Source of the DNA: an uncultured bacterium
GTDB taxonomy: Bacteria; Omnitrophota; Omnitrophia; Omnitrophales; Abzuiibacteriaceae
Assembly (NCBI GenBank): GCA_964387845.1
Contig: CAYLXA010000002.1
Coordinates: 32,001 to 96,000, forward strand
Direction: 5' to 3'
DNA: 64,000 nt
Shown here: positions 17,777 through 26,963 of the stretch, piece after piece
How positions within the stretch are numbered: position 1 is the stretch's first letter
Layout of the letters: each line of letters starts with the position of its first letter
Made by a program: the position numbers and the translations under genes
Notes under the pieces: generated by a model
What the model was told of the DNA's origin: nothing
The model's database searches: none
Seen by the model: only the letters and a program-made list of their open reading frames with translations

Positions 17777-20700
17777 ATGATTTCCGAAACTACTTCGCCT
17801 TTACCTAATATTAAAACATCGATGAGACCTCGCACGCTGAGCTTGCTCGTCCTATCATTTTTCTTTGTGTCCGGCGCCTGCGGCTTAATGTATCAAGTCG
17901 TGTGGCTTCGGGTGATGGGCCTCGTTTTTGGAAACACGACCTATGCCACCAGTGCGGTACTGTCGGGTTACATGGCGGGATTGGGGCTGGGAGCGCTGTG
18001 CTTCGGCAAGTGGATTGACAAGCCGTCAGCAGGAGATCCGGTTAAGCTTTATGGAATTATGGAGGGCGGAGTCGGAGCTTACGCGCTTTTGACGCCGTTT
18101 ATTTGGTATTTCATCGATTGGATCAACATCGTTTTTTACCGCGCCTTTAATCCCGAATTTCTTCAATTCAGTCTATTCAAATTTGCAGTGTCATTTGTGT
18201 TTTTGTTCATTCCGACATTTTTGATGGGCGGCACGCTGCCGGTGTTAAGCAAATTTTATATAGAGCATCGCGATCAGATTGCGCACAAGGTGGGGATTTT
18301 ATATGCGCTCAATACGGCAGGCGCCGTGCTAGGCGTGATTTTCAGCGGTTTTTTTTGTTTGTATTATTTTGGCGTATGGCAAACCACGGTTTTGACAGCC
18401 GTTCTTAACCTTTTGATTTTTGCCGCATGCTGGTTCTGGATTAAGGGGAATGCTGCGGGCGCTAGCGCTTTGCCGCCCGAAATCGCCGTTCAAGAACTGC
18501 CGGCTCCATCAAAATCGCAGCCAAATGCGTACTATACGACGCTGCTTGTTTTATTTGGGATTTCCGGCGGCGTTTCCATGATGTATGAAATCGGATGGAC
18601 GCGCATACTCGCCATTGTCGTCGGAAGCTCTATCTACGCATTTTCGGTAATGCTGTCGACGTTTCTATTGGGCATCGCCCTCGGCAGCTTTTTGTTCAGC
18701 TGGCTCTCCAAGCGGATCAAAATCGACCTATCCATTTTTGCCACCTTGCAAGCCGCCACTGCATTATTTGCTTTTTTGGGCATGAATCAATTTGAAGAAA
18801 TGCCATACCGCTTTTTAAAGCTCTATCACTGGTCTAAGCACACACCGTTTTTAATCGAGCTTGGAAGATTCGCGCTTTGTACAATCGTTATGCTGGGCCC
18901 GACCATTTGCATCGGCGCCATGTTTGCTTGCTTTATTCATTTGTATCATCAGCAAGAGCGTTTGGGGGGCGATATTGGCACGGCTTATTTTGCGAATACT
19001 GTGGGGACTATTTTTGGTTCGGCGCTGACCGGCTTTTTGATTATCCCAATCCTGGGAATTTACAAAACACTCATGGCCGCCGCCGGATTAAATGCCGCGA
19101 TCGGCGCGATTGCGTTTATGATGAGTTTGCCTAACCGGCAACTCAGGCGGACAATTGCTTTTTCCGTCGTGTTTGTTTTTACTTGGGTTGGTGCTAGCCT
19201 AGCGCGCCCGTGGAATAAATCAGTAATCACAAGCGGGGCGGTGGTTCGTCCGAACATGCATAACGCCAATTCGCAAGAAGAGTTTATCCGGTCTATGGAA
19301 AACCGGCTTAATCTGTTCTATAAGGAAGGGACGAGCGCAACGGTCAGCGTTAACCGAGTGCGCGATGTTATTTCACTCGCAGTGAATGGAAAAACAGATG
19401 CCTCTAACGGAACCGACGCGTTCAATCAATTTTTGCTTGGCCACTTGCCGATGCTGTTAAATCCGGATGCGCAAAAGGTACTTACCATCGGCCTGGGAAG
19501 CGGTTCGACGGTTGCCGCAGTCGCGTCTTACGCGGTCAAACAGATTGATTGCGTCGAACTGGAAGCTGCCGTGGTTGAGGGCGCCAGATTTTTTTCGGAA
19601 CTGAATCGAAATGTGCTAAACGACCCCAGGCTTCGCATGATTGTGAATGACGGCCGCAATTACTTAAAAATCAATCCTACGCTGTATGATGTCATCATTT
19701 CCGAACCTTCAAATCCATGGATGGCCGGTGTCGCTAATTTGTTTTCGCGCGAGCATTACGAAACAATGAAAGCGCGTCTCGCGCCGCAGGGGATCGTGTG
19801 CCAATGGCTTCACGCTTACAGCATGTCCGATCAGGATATGCGTATGATTATTCGAACATTCACGCTGGTATTTCCAAATACAAGTCTATGGACATCGAAT
19901 TATCCTGACCTGCTTCTGCTCGGGTCGAATGAACCGATTGAAATAGATTATCTCGAATTAAAAAAATCCTTTAACCGTCCGGAGGTTTTACAGGATTTTG
20001 AACCCTACGGAATTAAAACAGCGGATGGTTTTCTAGGCGCTTTTTGGCTGGATGACGAAGCGTTGCGTAGTTTTTCCGAAGGAGCCCGAATCAACAGCGA
20101 TAATTACCCCTACCTAGAATTTTCGGCACCGCGCCATTTGTATGACGATACGGTGAGCAGTAATTATCATTTAATCAACGCTTTTGCGTCGAAGCAGTAT
20201 CCAAAAATTAAAAACCTGAATCCTCCGATTGATCAAAATATTGAGTTTCATGTCAATATTGCCAGAAGCAACTTTTACCGGAAAATATACGGGAGGGTCC
20301 AAAGCGAACTTGACTTCATCAAAGAGCTGGATCCTAAAAACCCGGACTTGATCGAAATTTTGGGAATGGTTCAGTATGAGATGGGGAACTTTACAGACGC
20401 AGAGCGGCTGTTATCTGAATCTTTGATTCAAAATCCTGATTCACCCGAAACCCACTTCTACTTTGGATTGATCCAGCAAAGGAAGAAGCGCCACGAAAAT
20501 GCGATATTTTCTTTTGGTGAAGCGATACAGCTCGATTCGCGTGCCGCTAAGTATTACATAGCGCTGGGTGATTCATTGATGGAAATGAATGCGTTTGTCT
20601 CTGCGGTTGATGCTTTTGATCAGGCTTTGATTTATTCGCCTGCCAAGTTTGACTTATTGATTCGGAAGGCTTCCGCTCTCAGCCGTATTGTGCCGATCAA

Positions 20701-21001
20701 CGAGCAAATCAGATTTACGGAAGAGTTGCTTGAAATGTACCCGAAACATGTGGCGCTTTATGAAATGTTGGGAAATCTTTATCAAAATAACCATCAGCGC
20801 GATGACGCGGAAAAAATTTATTTAAGGATGATTCAAGAGTTTCCCCTGGAGCCCAACAGTTATTTGCAGCTCGGCATTTTATACGGCAAGACGGGCTCAA
20901 TGATGAAAGCAAAAGAGCAGCTCAAGAAGGCTGTACGCTATGATCCGGAACTGTTAAAAAACCCTGAAATTCAAAAAGTACTTCAGTATAAAGGTGCCTA
21001 A
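17777..21001 (+). CDS. fused polytopic membrane domain / spermidine-synthase-like aminopropyltransferase domain / C-terminal TPR repeats
   Basis: 1074 aa. About 12 TM helices (aa 1-480). The central segment VLTIGLGSGSTV…DVIISEPSNPW…GIVCQWL matches the SpeE fold motifs GGGDG…D(S/P)xDP. The last ~300 aa are TPR-like repeats. Confidence 0.7.
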   Translation: MISETTSPLPNIKTSMRPRTLSLLVLSFFFVSGACGLMYQVVWLRVMGLVFGNTTYATSAVLSGYMAGLGLGALCFGKWIDKPSAGDPVKLYGIMEGGVGAYALLTPFIWYFIDWINIVFYRAFNPEFLQFSLFKFAVSFVFLFIPTFLMGGTLPVLSKFYIEHRDQIAHKVGILYALNTAGAVLGVIFSGFFCLYYFGVWQTTVLTAVLNLLIFAACWFWIKGNAAGASALPPEIAVQELPAPSKSQPNAYYTTLLVLFGISGGVSMMYEIGWTRILAIVVGSSIYAFSVMLSTFLLGIALGSFLFSWLSKRIKIDLSIFATLQAATALFAFLGMNQFEEMPYRFLKLYHWSKHTPFLIELGRFALCTIVMLGPTICIGAMFACFIHLYHQQERLGGDIGTAYFANTVGTIFGSALTGFLIIPILGIYKTLMAAAGLNAAIGAIAFMMSLPNRQLRRTIAFSVVFVFTWVGASLARPWNKSVITSGAVVRPNMHNANSQEEFIRSMENRLNLFYKEGTSATVSVNRVRDVISLAVNGKTDASNGTDAFNQFLLGHLPMLLNPDAQKVLTIGLGSGSTVAAVASYAVKQIDCVELEAAVVEGARFFSELNRNVLNDPRLRMIVNDGRNYLKINPTLYDVIISEPSNPWMAGVANLFSREHYETMKARLAPQGIVCQWLHAYSMSDQDMRMIIRTFTLVFPNTSLWTSNYPDLLLLGSNEPIEIDYLELKKSFNRPEVLQDFEPYGIKTADGFLGAFWLDDEALRSFSEGARINSDNYPYLEFSAPRHLYDDTVSSNYHLINAFASKQYPKIKNLNPPIDQNIEFHVNIARSNFYRKIYGRVQSELDFIKELDPKNPDLIEILGMVQYEMGNFTDAERLLSESLIQNPDSPETHFYFGLIQQRKKRHENAIFSFGEAIQLDSRAAKYYIALGDSLMEMNAFVSAVDAFDQALIYSPAKFDLLIRKASALSRIVPINEQIRFTEELLEMYPKHVALYEMLGNLYQNNHQRDDAEKIYLRMIQEFPLEPNSYLQLGILYGKTGSMMKAKEQLKKAVRYDPELLKNPEIQKVLQYKGA

Positions 21002-21954
21002 TGGAAAAGTTTAACTATGCGCTGAGTGTTATCGTCCCATTTTTCAATGAAGAACAATCATTGCCGGGAATTATAAAAGGTGCGCAAGCAGTTTTGAGCC
21101 ATTTTTCACAGCAAAGCGAAATCATTTTTGTAGATGACGGCAGTGCGGATGCGGGTATTCAGATTGTCAAAAATGAGGCCAAATCAGATAAGCGTATTAA
21201 ATTGGTAGCGTTCAAAAAAAATTTCGGGCAGACCGCTGCCTGGGCTGCCGGTATTGATCATGCCAAGGGTGACGTTATTGCATTTTTGGATGCGGATTTA
21301 CAAAATGACCCGGCAGACATTCTGATGCTTGCAAAAAAACTTGGCGAAGGTTTTGATGTTATCAGTGGCTGGCGGAAGGACAGAAAGGATAGTCTCTTAA
21401 CGAGGCGCATTCCGTCACAGATCGCAAACTGGCTGATTTCAACCGTTACGGGTGTGCATTTGCATGACTACGGATGCTCTTTGAAGCTCTATCGCGCCGA
21501 AATTTTACGCGGCGTAAAGCTTTATGGAGAAATGCACCGCTTTCTGCCTGCTTACGCGGCTTGGGAAGGTGCGCGGATCACTGAAGTAATCGTCAATCAC
21601 CAAGAGCGGCGGCACGGTGTAAGTAAATACGGATTAGGAAGAATTTCAAAAGTAATCCTGGATCTCACGACCGTTTCTTTTCTGGGCGGTTTTGCGACAA
21701 AGCCTATTTATTTCTTCGGGCGGCTCGGTTTTGTGCTATTCCTTCTTGGTTTGGCGACCTTAGGCCTAGTGGCTTATCGTGTTTTGATTTTACAAAATAA
21801 AGAAGCAACGCCTGCGGTCTTTATGATGGTCGTATTTTTCATCTCTTCAATTCAGCTGATTTTAATGGGGTTGCTTGCTGAAATGGTGATGCGGGTTTAT
21901 CACCAAGGCCAGGAGAGGCCGGTTTATCGGATTTCAGAAAAAATCAATTTTTAA
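21001..21954 (+). CDS. family-2 glycosyltransferase, ArnC/GtrB-like polyprenyl-phosphate sugar synthase with C-terminal TM helices
   Basis: SVIVPFFNEE…FVDDGSAD…DADLQ motifs. Two C-terminal hydrophobic helices as in ArnC/GtrB. Confidence 0.75.
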   Translation: MEKFNYALSVIVPFFNEEQSLPGIIKGAQAVLSHFSQQSEIIFVDDGSADAGIQIVKNEAKSDKRIKLVAFKKNFGQTAAWAAGIDHAKGDVIAFLDADLQNDPADILMLAKKLGEGFDVISGWRKDRKDSLLTRRIPSQIANWLISTVTGVHLHDYGCSLKLYRAEILRGVKLYGEMHRFLPAYAAWEGARITEVIVNHQERRHGVSKYGLGRISKVILDLTTVSFLGGFATKPIYFFGRLGFVLFLLGLATLGLVAYRVLILQNKEATPAVFMMVVFFISSIQLILMGLLAEMVMRVYHQGQERPVYRISEKINF

Positions 21955-21973
21955 TTATCGCTAGGGCTTCACC

Positions 21974-23875
21974 GTGTGCGGAATCTACGGTTTTATCCAC
22001 CTGTCACAAAATTCCAAAATAGACGCAGGAATCTTAAATCAAATGAGCGGCTCGCTCAGGCATCGCGGGCCAGACGGGGAAGGCGCCTGGGTTGATGGTG
22101 CTGTCGCGTTTGGTCACCGGCGTCTGAAAATCATCGATTTAAGCGATAATGCCCGTCAGCCCATGTCTAACCGGGACGGCAGTATATGGATAACGTTTAA
22201 CGGAGAGATTTATAATTATCAAGATCATATTTCAGCGTTAAAGCAGAAGGGGTATCAATTTAAATCTACCTCAGACACTGAGATTATTTTGCACCTCTAC
22301 GAAGAGCATGGAATTGATTGCTTGAAGCACCTAAACGGGATGTTTGCGTTCGCGATTTGGGACAAGCGCAAAAACGAAGGGTATTTGGTCCGGGACCGTT
22401 TGGGTATTAAACCCCTCCATTATATCGAAGTGAACCGTAAGCTCATTTTTGCATCCGAAATCAAAGCAATTCTGAAGCATCCGGATGTAAGCCGTGAAGT
22501 TGATTTTCAATCGCTCGGTCAATATCTCAGTTTTGACTATGTTCCCGCGCCGAATACGATTTTGAGAAACGTTAAAAAGTTGGAGCCGGGACACTGCCTT
22601 AAGATCAAGCAAGGTTCCGTAGAGAGCATTCAATATTGGTCAGTTTCATATTCCGATCCAATAGAAAAAAAATCCGCAGCTGAATACGCGGAAGCCTTGC
22701 TGGATGTATTAAAAAGATCGGTGCGCCGTCATTTGATCTCCGATGTGCCGCTGGGGGCTTTTTTGAGCGGCGGAATTGACTCAAGTTCAATTTGTGTGCT
22801 GATGCGCGAACTTGGTGTTTCGAAAATCAAAACTTTTCATATCGGATTTGAAGAAGAATCCTTTGACGAAACGAAGTATGCGCGGCAAGTAGCGGCATAC
22901 CTGGGCACGGAGCATCATTCTGAAATTTTATCGGTCACAAAAGCGCGGGATTTGATTCCCGATATGATGGACTTTTTGGATGAGCCTTTTGGGGACGCTT
23001 CGTTTCTTCCAACCCTGCTACTATCCCAATTTACAAAAAAGCATGTGACAGTTTCGCTTAGCGGTGATGGTGGCGATGAAATTTTTGCCGGGTACCCAAC
23101 TTACCAAGCGCATTCGGTTGCTCGTAGTCTTGGCTGGATCCCGAAGTCCGTCTGGCAGCTGATGCGCGGCCTGACATCGCAGCTGCCTGTTTCAGACGAG
23201 AATTTAAGCACCGATTATAAGCTAAAAAAGTTTATCGATGGGATGGAGGAAGAGAATATGATTGCACGGCATTATCGGTGGTTGGGATCTTTTGATCCGA
23301 AAAGCCAGGCCGACTTGCTGTCAGCAGATGTTTGCGCTGCTTTGGGCGCTTTTGATCCGTATCAAATTGCAAAGGAATACGGTAGTGTAACTCGTCCGGA
23401 AGATTGGCTGGGCCGCCTTTTACATTGTGATCAAAGGTTTTATTTACAGGACAATATGCTGGTCAAGATTGACCGCGCAACGATGGCTGCGTCTCTGGAG
23501 GGAAGGGTCCCGTTTTTGGATCATGAAGTGGTTGAATTTGCAACCAAACTGCCGTCAAATTTGAAGTTGAACGGCCTGATAACCAAATACATTCTGAAGA
23601 AAACCATGAAACATCATCTTCCGGATGCCATCATCAACCGGAAGAAAAAGGGTTTTGGAATTCCTGTCGCCAAGTGGTTCAAAGCCGAGTTGAAGCCATT
23701 TTTGAAAGCAATATTTGAGCCGGCCAAAATTAAGCGTGAGGGATTCTTAAATCCGGCAGCCGTATCAAAATTATTAAGCGAGCATTTTGAAGGGAAGTTC
23801 GATCATAGAAAACAAATCTATACACTGCTTAATTTTGAACTTTGGCTTGAGCGGTATATTAGAAAATCGGACTAA
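21974..23875 (+). CDS. asparagine synthase (glutamine-hydrolysing), AsnB-family amidotransferase
   Basis: GTG start directly before Cys (MCGIYG). Ntn glutamine amidotransferase domain plus SGGIDSS PP-loop. 633 aa. Confidence 0.85.
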   Translation: MCGIYGFIHLSQNSKIDAGILNQMSGSLRHRGPDGEGAWVDGAVAFGHRRLKIIDLSDNARQPMSNRDGSIWITFNGEIYNYQDHISALKQKGYQFKSTSDTEIILHLYEEHGIDCLKHLNGMFAFAIWDKRKNEGYLVRDRLGIKPLHYIEVNRKLIFASEIKAILKHPDVSREVDFQSLGQYLSFDYVPAPNTILRNVKKLEPGHCLKIKQGSVESIQYWSVSYSDPIEKKSAAEYAEALLDVLKRSVRRHLISDVPLGAFLSGGIDSSSICVLMRELGVSKIKTFHIGFEEESFDETKYARQVAAYLGTEHHSEILSVTKARDLIPDMMDFLDEPFGDASFLPTLLLSQFTKKHVTVSLSGDGGDEIFAGYPTYQAHSVARSLGWIPKSVWQLMRGLTSQLPVSDENLSTDYKLKKFIDGMEEENMIARHYRWLGSFDPKSQADLLSADVCAALGAFDPYQIAKEYGSVTRPEDWLGRLLHCDQRFYLQDNMLVKIDRATMAASLEGRVPFLDHEVVEFATKLPSNLKLNGLITKYILKKTMKHHLPDAIINRKKKGFGIPVAKWFKAELKPFLKAIFEPAKIKREGFLNPAAVSKLLSEHFEGKFDHRKQIYTLLNFELWLERYIRKSD

Positions 23876-25812
23876 GTTTTCCGAAACGAAGCTGTTGTAA
23901 CGGAATCGTAAAACACCATCAAGATCTCATCAATCGGGATATCGGCCGTCAACTTAGGGTTCAAAATTTCAAATCGACCGTCCGTAACATTAACGAAACC
24001 AAAAGGCGCGATTTCACGGCTTGGCGCGGCAACCTGAACATAAACTTCGTAAATTCCGTCCGGAAATCCATCCCCTTGAATCAAATACCCCTCCTGCGTT
24101 AAACCGCTTTTTGCCGCTGCCTTTGGAAGCGATTCAGAGAAAAATTCATAACCAGTTTCATCTGCTATTCGGGGTTTTGCTGATAGCCGATAGGTATTAA
24201 CCTGCTCAATCAAAAGAGGTGCCTGTGTTTTGGGAATAGATTCCGTGATATAGAGCGTCGGATCACGATTAATAATAATCACATCGCCTTTTTTAATGAA
24301 TTGGTAAGAGCCGGGCCCTAAAACCAGTGGCTCGCTGGGGTTGTTGGCACGTTGCGGTAAATACGTCGTGATGGGCAGGTGATAGACTGGTTTTCCGGTA
24401 TAAAATTCGATCGCGTTACCGTAGAAGTGGTAGATGTATGTGACTTTATCGTTGATGTCAAAAACATAATCTTTGGGATGAATGGTATAGTAAGGCCCGA
24501 CCCAAAAAATACTAGAATTTTGAGACAAGCTTTTTGCGGCCTTGCTGATCTTGCCTGAAAAATCGTTCGAATAAACGGGATCGGCGAATTTTATGCACTC
24601 TGAAAATCCTTTCTGAAGAGGCGAGAAGGCAAACACAAAGCACAGCATGCCCGCAAAAGCATTCTTGATTTGATCCGATTTGATTCTGAGAGCTATAAAT
24701 TGAATAATTGCCAATGCGCCTTTCAGCGTGAAATAAAACACGGGCGGAAAGAGCGGAAACAAATAACGAGCTTCTCTGACGGCAATTACATAAGTTTGAA
24801 ATAGAAAAAAGGCAAAAAACCAAATGATGAAAAATAGTGACAATGGCCGCCTGTCCTTCGCTGACAGAAAAATCCCACCAACAAAAAGGAGATGGAGCGG
24901 AAAAGGAATCGATTTTAATAAAAATACATAGTTCCAGTTCGGGTTTTCCCAGCCTGTATTTTTTTGATACTGCGCAATCAGGTCTTGGACGAATTTCAGA
25001 ATTGACGAGTGCCATGGTGCTAAATCCAAAAGCGTATAGAGCAGGCCGGCCAGTAAGAAATAAACCGTAACCGGCACGATGAATAAAGCGATTAATTTCA
25101 CAAGCAAACCTACTTGTCGAGGCTTGCCCGTGCTCTTGATTTGAAAAACACGGTTAATGATTTCGTAGATAAGAAAAACGCCGAATAGAAACGGAATTAA
25201 GTTGTAGCGGATCCCGATTGCAAACATAGTCAAAATTCCAGCACTCCACAAAAAACCGGCATTTCCGGAGTTTTGACTCTTCCAATATAAATAAAATGCA
25301 GCCGAAGTGAATAAGGTGGCCGCAATGTCTTCTTTGGCAAACGGAGCATAGTGAATTAAGAGCGTATTGCCGGCCAGAAATAGAGTTCCGAGCAGCGCTT
25401 CGGTTTTACCAAATTCAAACCGCAAGAACTTGAAAAACACGAAAAGCAAAAGCAAGAACAAAGCAACGCAGGTCAGATGGACGGTTATCAGCGAGAAGTC
25501 GGGGCTTTGTGCCCATTGCTCTAAAATAAAGATCGGAGAAAGAAGGATCGGAAAAATAAAAGGTCTTTTCCAATAATAAGTCAGCGATTCATCCAATGTC
25601 GCAATTTTTCGGGCGTTGACCAGGGTTTCATAGGCGTCAAAAAAGTCAATTCTAAGGTGAAGCGCAACCCAAAATAGGTATAAGCCGAGAGCGACCAATA
25701 AGGAAACGATAATGAAGTTGATTTTGCTTCGAATGCGGTCTGTAAACGGGAGTGTTGCTTCAGGCAAGTTCAATCGGTGTACCTTTGCTGTTTTCGAAGC
25801 GCTAATCGACAA
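23872..25812 (-). CDS. polytopic GT-C-type membrane glycosyltransferase (ArnT/PMT-like)
   Basis: 646 aa, highly hydrophobic. Early loop DFFDAYETLVNARKIATLDESLTYYWKRPF is GT-C-like. Convergent with asnB, with stop codons overlapping. Confidence 0.6.
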   Translation of the reverse strand: MSISASKTAKVHRLNLPEATLPFTDRIRSKINFIIVSLLVALGLYLFWVALHLRIDFFDAYETLVNARKIATLDESLTYYWKRPFIFPILLSPIFILEQWAQSPDFSLITVHLTCVALFLLLLFVFFKFLRFEFGKTEALLGTLFLAGNTLLIHYAPFAKEDIAATLFTSAAFYLYWKSQNSGNAGFLWSAGILTMFAIGIRYNLIPFLFGVFLIYEIINRVFQIKSTGKPRQVGLLVKLIALFIVPVTVYFLLAGLLYTLLDLAPWHSSILKFVQDLIAQYQKNTGWENPNWNYVFLLKSIPFPLHLLFVGGIFLSAKDRRPLSLFFIIWFFAFFLFQTYVIAVREARYLFPLFPPVFYFTLKGALAIIQFIALRIKSDQIKNAFAGMLCFVFAFSPLQKGFSECIKFADPVYSNDFSGKISKAAKSLSQNSSIFWVGPYYTIHPKDYVFDINDKVTYIYHFYGNAIEFYTGKPVYHLPITTYLPQRANNPSEPLVLGPGSYQFIKKGDVIIINRDPTLYITESIPKTQAPLLIEQVNTYRLSAKPRIADETGYEFFSESLPKAAAKSGLTQEGYLIQGDGFPDGIYEVYVQVAAPSREIAPFGFVNVTDGRFEILNPKLTADIPIDEILMVFYDSVTTASFRKT

Positions 25813-26956
25813 CGACGACTTTTGCCGGAGGGAACCCGTTAAATGCGGCTACGGCACTGGCAGCCGAATAAGCTCCGATATTCTTGACGTAAATCACATT
25901 ACCGACGTCAAGCTCCGGAAGTTCCTCGCTGGCTGAAATCGTATCAAATGAATCGCAAGTCGGGCCGGCAAGCGTGCTTAAAAACCTTTGACCGCGGCGG
26001 AGAGTTTTGAATTCGTACTTGCAGTGATCAAAAACAATGCCCGAGAAATCCTGATAAATCCCATCATTCAAATAATAGTAATTTTTGTTATTCCGGAATG
26101 TGCGCCCCACGACTTCAGTCACTAAAATTCCTGCGGGGCCCACCAAAAAACGGCCCGGCTCAGCCATGAATTTCACGTCTTTATCAAACAAACGCTTCAT
26201 TTCGGTTTTGATGGCGCGCGCCATATTTTCGAATGTTGCGTGCTGGTCGTTGTCAAAGTGGCGGATCGGAAAACCGCCGCCGATATCAACCGTATTAAGA
26301 TAGATTCCTTCACGTTTTAATTCCTTGAAAATCGCCGACGTGACTTCGAGGGCTTGGACGTAGTTGCCGGTATTGGTGCACTGAGAGCCGACGTGAAAAC
26401 AGATGCCGGCTGGTGTTAAGCCGAGCTGTTTCGCTTTTTTCAGCAGGAAAGTGGCCTGATCGGGATCGGCGCCGAATTTGAGCGATAATTCGACTATGCT
26501 GCCCAAATTCGCGACCTTGATTCTTAGTAATACTTTGGCTCGCGGGCAATATTTGGCAATTTTGTATAGCTCGGGCTCATTGTCGAAAACGGTAAATTTT
26601 ACGCGGCAGGCACGCGCAAGCTTTAAATCCTCGGCAGATTTAATCGGATTGGCGAAGATGACTTGATCGGGCGAAGCGCCGAGGTCAATCACAGTCTTCA
26701 TTTCGGCTGCGCTCGCAACGTCAAATTTGGTGTTCAGCCGCAAAAATGTTTTGATGATTTCGGGGTTTGGATTGGCTTTGATCGCGTAATAAATCTGGAC
26801 CTGCGGCAGGTGTTTCTTGAAAAGCTGGTATTGCCTAATCAAAATACTGCGCTTGATCAGCATAAAAGGTGTCGAATGCTTCTTCAGAGATTTTCGGATC
26901 AGCGTTTCGACACCGTTCCCGGAAATTTGAGCTGTCTTGGTTAGGGTAGCGGGCAT
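25802..26956 (-). CDS. PLP-dependent fold-III decarboxylase, eukaryotic-type ornithine (or lysine/ornithine) decarboxylase-like
   Basis: Motifs YYAIKANPNP, FDVAS, VIFANPIK, KFGA, FHVGSQC and VDIGGGFP align with ODC family signatures. 384 aa. Confidence 0.7.
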   Translation of the reverse strand: MPATLTKTAQISGNGVETLIRKSLKKHSTPFMLIKRSILIRQYQLFKKHLPQVQIYYAIKANPNPEIIKTFLRLNTKFDVASAAEMKTVIDLGASPDQVIFANPIKSAEDLKLARACRVKFTVFDNEPELYKIAKYCPRAKVLLRIKVANLGSIVELSLKFGADPDQATFLLKKAKQLGLTPAGICFHVGSQCTNTGNYVQALEVTSAIFKELKREGIYLNTVDIGGGFPIRHFDNDQHATFENMARAIKTEMKRLFDKDVKFMAEPGRFLVGPAGILVTEVVGRTFRNNKNYYYLNDGIYQDFSGIVFDHCKYEFKTLRRGQRFLSTLAGPTCDSFDTISASEELPELDVGNVIYVKNIGAYSAASAVAAFNGFPPAKVVVVD

Positions 26957-26963
26957 CTAGGGA

